Assembly: GCF_006345805.1 (NCBI RefSeq)
Contig: NC_043002.1
Coordinates: 68,138,001-68,202,000, forward strand
Length of the DNA: 64,000 nt
Direction of reading: 5' to 3'
Origin: Octopus sinensis
Lineage: Eukaryota
Shown here: positions 61,688-64,000 of the stretch, piece after piece
Numbering within the stretch: the first letter of the stretch is position 1
How the letters are laid out: each line of letters begins with the position of its first letter
Position numbers and translations under genes: made by a program
Notes under the pieces: generated by a model
What the model saw: only the letters and a program-made list of their open reading frames with translations
What the model was told of the DNA's origin: nothing
The model's database searches: none

Positions 61688-64000
61688 CACACACACACAC
61701 ACACACACACAACACACACATGTATAGGAAGGGCATCCAGCAGTGGAAACCATGACACAACAGACACTTAGAGTCTGGACAGTTTCCTGGTAGCCAACTC
61801 CATGTCAAACCATCCAACCATGTTAAACGATGATGTATGTGCGCTTTTGTCTTAGTTCCCTACCACTTGACAACCAGTGCTGGTTTGTTTATATCCCCCA
61901 TAAGAATTTGGCAAAGAGACCCACAGAATAAGTGCCAGACTTAAAAATAAGTAGTGGAGCCAATTTGTTTGACTAAACCCTTTAAGGTGGTGCCCCAGCA
62001 TGGCTGCAATCCAATGAGTACAACAAGTAAAAGATAAGAGAGCAGAACAAATATAAACATGAAACAAAACTGGAGAGCACCATGTTGGAGTGCTATATAA
62101 CTGACAACCGAAGGGAAAAGGTTTAAGAACAAGAAATGAATGAAATGGTAAACAACTGGAAACAATAAACTAAAAGATGCATTAAAAACCCTAATAAGAG
62201 ATCATCTAACAAAAGCGAATAGTCTTTTCTACTATAGGCACAAGGCCTGACATTTTTGGGGAGGGGACCAGTCGATTAGATCGCCCCCCAGCAATCTAAT
62301 CGACTTAATTTATCGACCCTGAAAGGATGAAAGGCAAAGTCAACTTCGGTGGAATTTGAACTCAGAATGCATTTCGCCCAGCATGCTAACGACTCTGCCA
62401 GCTTGCCACCTTAACAAGAGTGAATAGTGACATAGCAGGAGGAGCACTGAACAATGAAGTAAGACATGTAAGGGAAATGTAATAAGTAGGGGCATATACA
62501 GGAAAAACAAAGTCCAGAAAGCTGAACAAAATTTCATTCGGGGGTACAAGATTGACCATCAATGGATAAAGTAGAAAATAGCATAAAAGTGACTCATAAA
62601 TAATCACTTATTTACTATTTTATATTTGCACTATTTTATACTCGGTTTTAACTGGGAAAACTGGGATGCAACTTATATAAGGGGCAAAGCTAAAATTATG
62701 AAGGGGAAAAAATTTTGTACCAAGATTTAACACTAAATTAGGGGTGCAACTTATGAGCATGACTTATACACAAGTGCAGCTTATACATAAATGTGACTTA
62801 AGACACAAGTAAATATGGTAATTGTAAAAGGCAGTATTGAGCAGAAGCTGAGGAATTAGGGGTACAAGACTGACCAACAAAGGGCTAAAGTAGAGCAACT
62901 CCAGATAAAAGTAGAACAGAATCCAAACGAGAATTCTAAACAATTAAACTAAAGTGTTGGGTGGAGAAGGCAGTAATTGCTAAACAGATAAATTAGAGAC
63001 CACTTGGTTGATGAATGACAAGTTTATGTTGATATCATTTCTGTGTTCTTGCTAGAGAAGGCAGCAAACAATTCCAAATATGCCACCAGGTAACAGAGTA
63101 ATAGAAATGTTCATGATGATTGCTGTTCTAATTTGAATAATATATATTATCCTGAAAAAAGGGCAGGAAATCCTGGCTGGTTTAATCTAGATAGCTTACA
63201 AACAGGTTTCACTCACACATAACACTTGAATCACCACTAAAATCAATATGAACTTATCTAAATTGTAAAAATCCACTTGCCCTATTCTGGCTGGGAAAGA
63301 TGATACAAAATACTAAAAAAGCCACTTAAAACCTACCTGACAGCCAAGTTTATAATAAAGTTTATTTTCAGTAATCTTGTGGGTAAATATCATTTTCACA
63401 GTCAACTCTATCAACTATTTAAAAAAAGTAAACTTGGAGGAAAATAGCAAAACATTTTGATACAAATGGATGAAGCCAAACTTTTTATTTATCCATTTCA
63501 TACCAACTTCTCTGAGACCGCCCTCATTTCTGTTTCATAGTTTCCTAAATTAAAACCTTTCATCAAAATTTCATATTGATTTATATTTCAAACTCCAGTT
63601 TAATGACAAAGTTGTTTAAATAAATTAAAATTTTTAAAATTAAATTAAACAAGGCATTGTATTTTAATAGAAATATTATAACTGCTTCAGTCTTTGTTTT
63701 TTTTTTTTGTCAGTAGTTTTTTTGTATGTTGCAAAAAAGTAAACATTTAAATATCTTAGCTGTGTGCATCAAACAGATACTTAGTTTACTCTTTTACTTG
63801 TTTCAGTCCTTTGACTGTGGCCATGTTGGAGCACCGCCTTTAGTCGAGCAAATCGACCCCAGGACTTATTCTTTGTAAGCTTAGTACTTATTCTATGGGT
63901 CTCTTTTGCCGAACCACTAAGTTACGGGGACGTAAACACGCCACCATCGGTTGTCAAGCGATGTTGGGGGGAAGACAAACACACAAACATATATATATGA

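Overview
AT-rich, microsatellite- and transposon-dense animal DNA; the repeat families look octopus/coleoid-cephalopod-like (recognition only, not verified). One protein-coding gene is supported: a minus-strand long-chain-fatty-acid--CoA ligase (ACSL1/5/6 type) with 19 GT-AG coding exons from 59247 down to a TAA at 10660-10662 (1784 nt, phases consistent throughout); its N-terminal exons were not found and probably lie beyond 64000. Nearly all supplied ORFs are microsatellite/SINE noise. Introns hold RTE and CR1 LINE remnants, tRNA SINEs, hAT, piggyBac-like, Tc1/mariner and Helitron/Helentron elements. The main unexplained signal is about 11 minimal type I hammerhead ribozyme motifs in short non-coding Penelope/retrozyme-like repeats. 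They include a fully canonical, young one in a 352-bp partial tandem unit (60322-60366, +) and one in the sense strand of the ACSL intron with the catalytic C3-G8 pair swapped to G3-C8 (51340-51390, -). Coordinates were read by eye; repeat edges are approximate.
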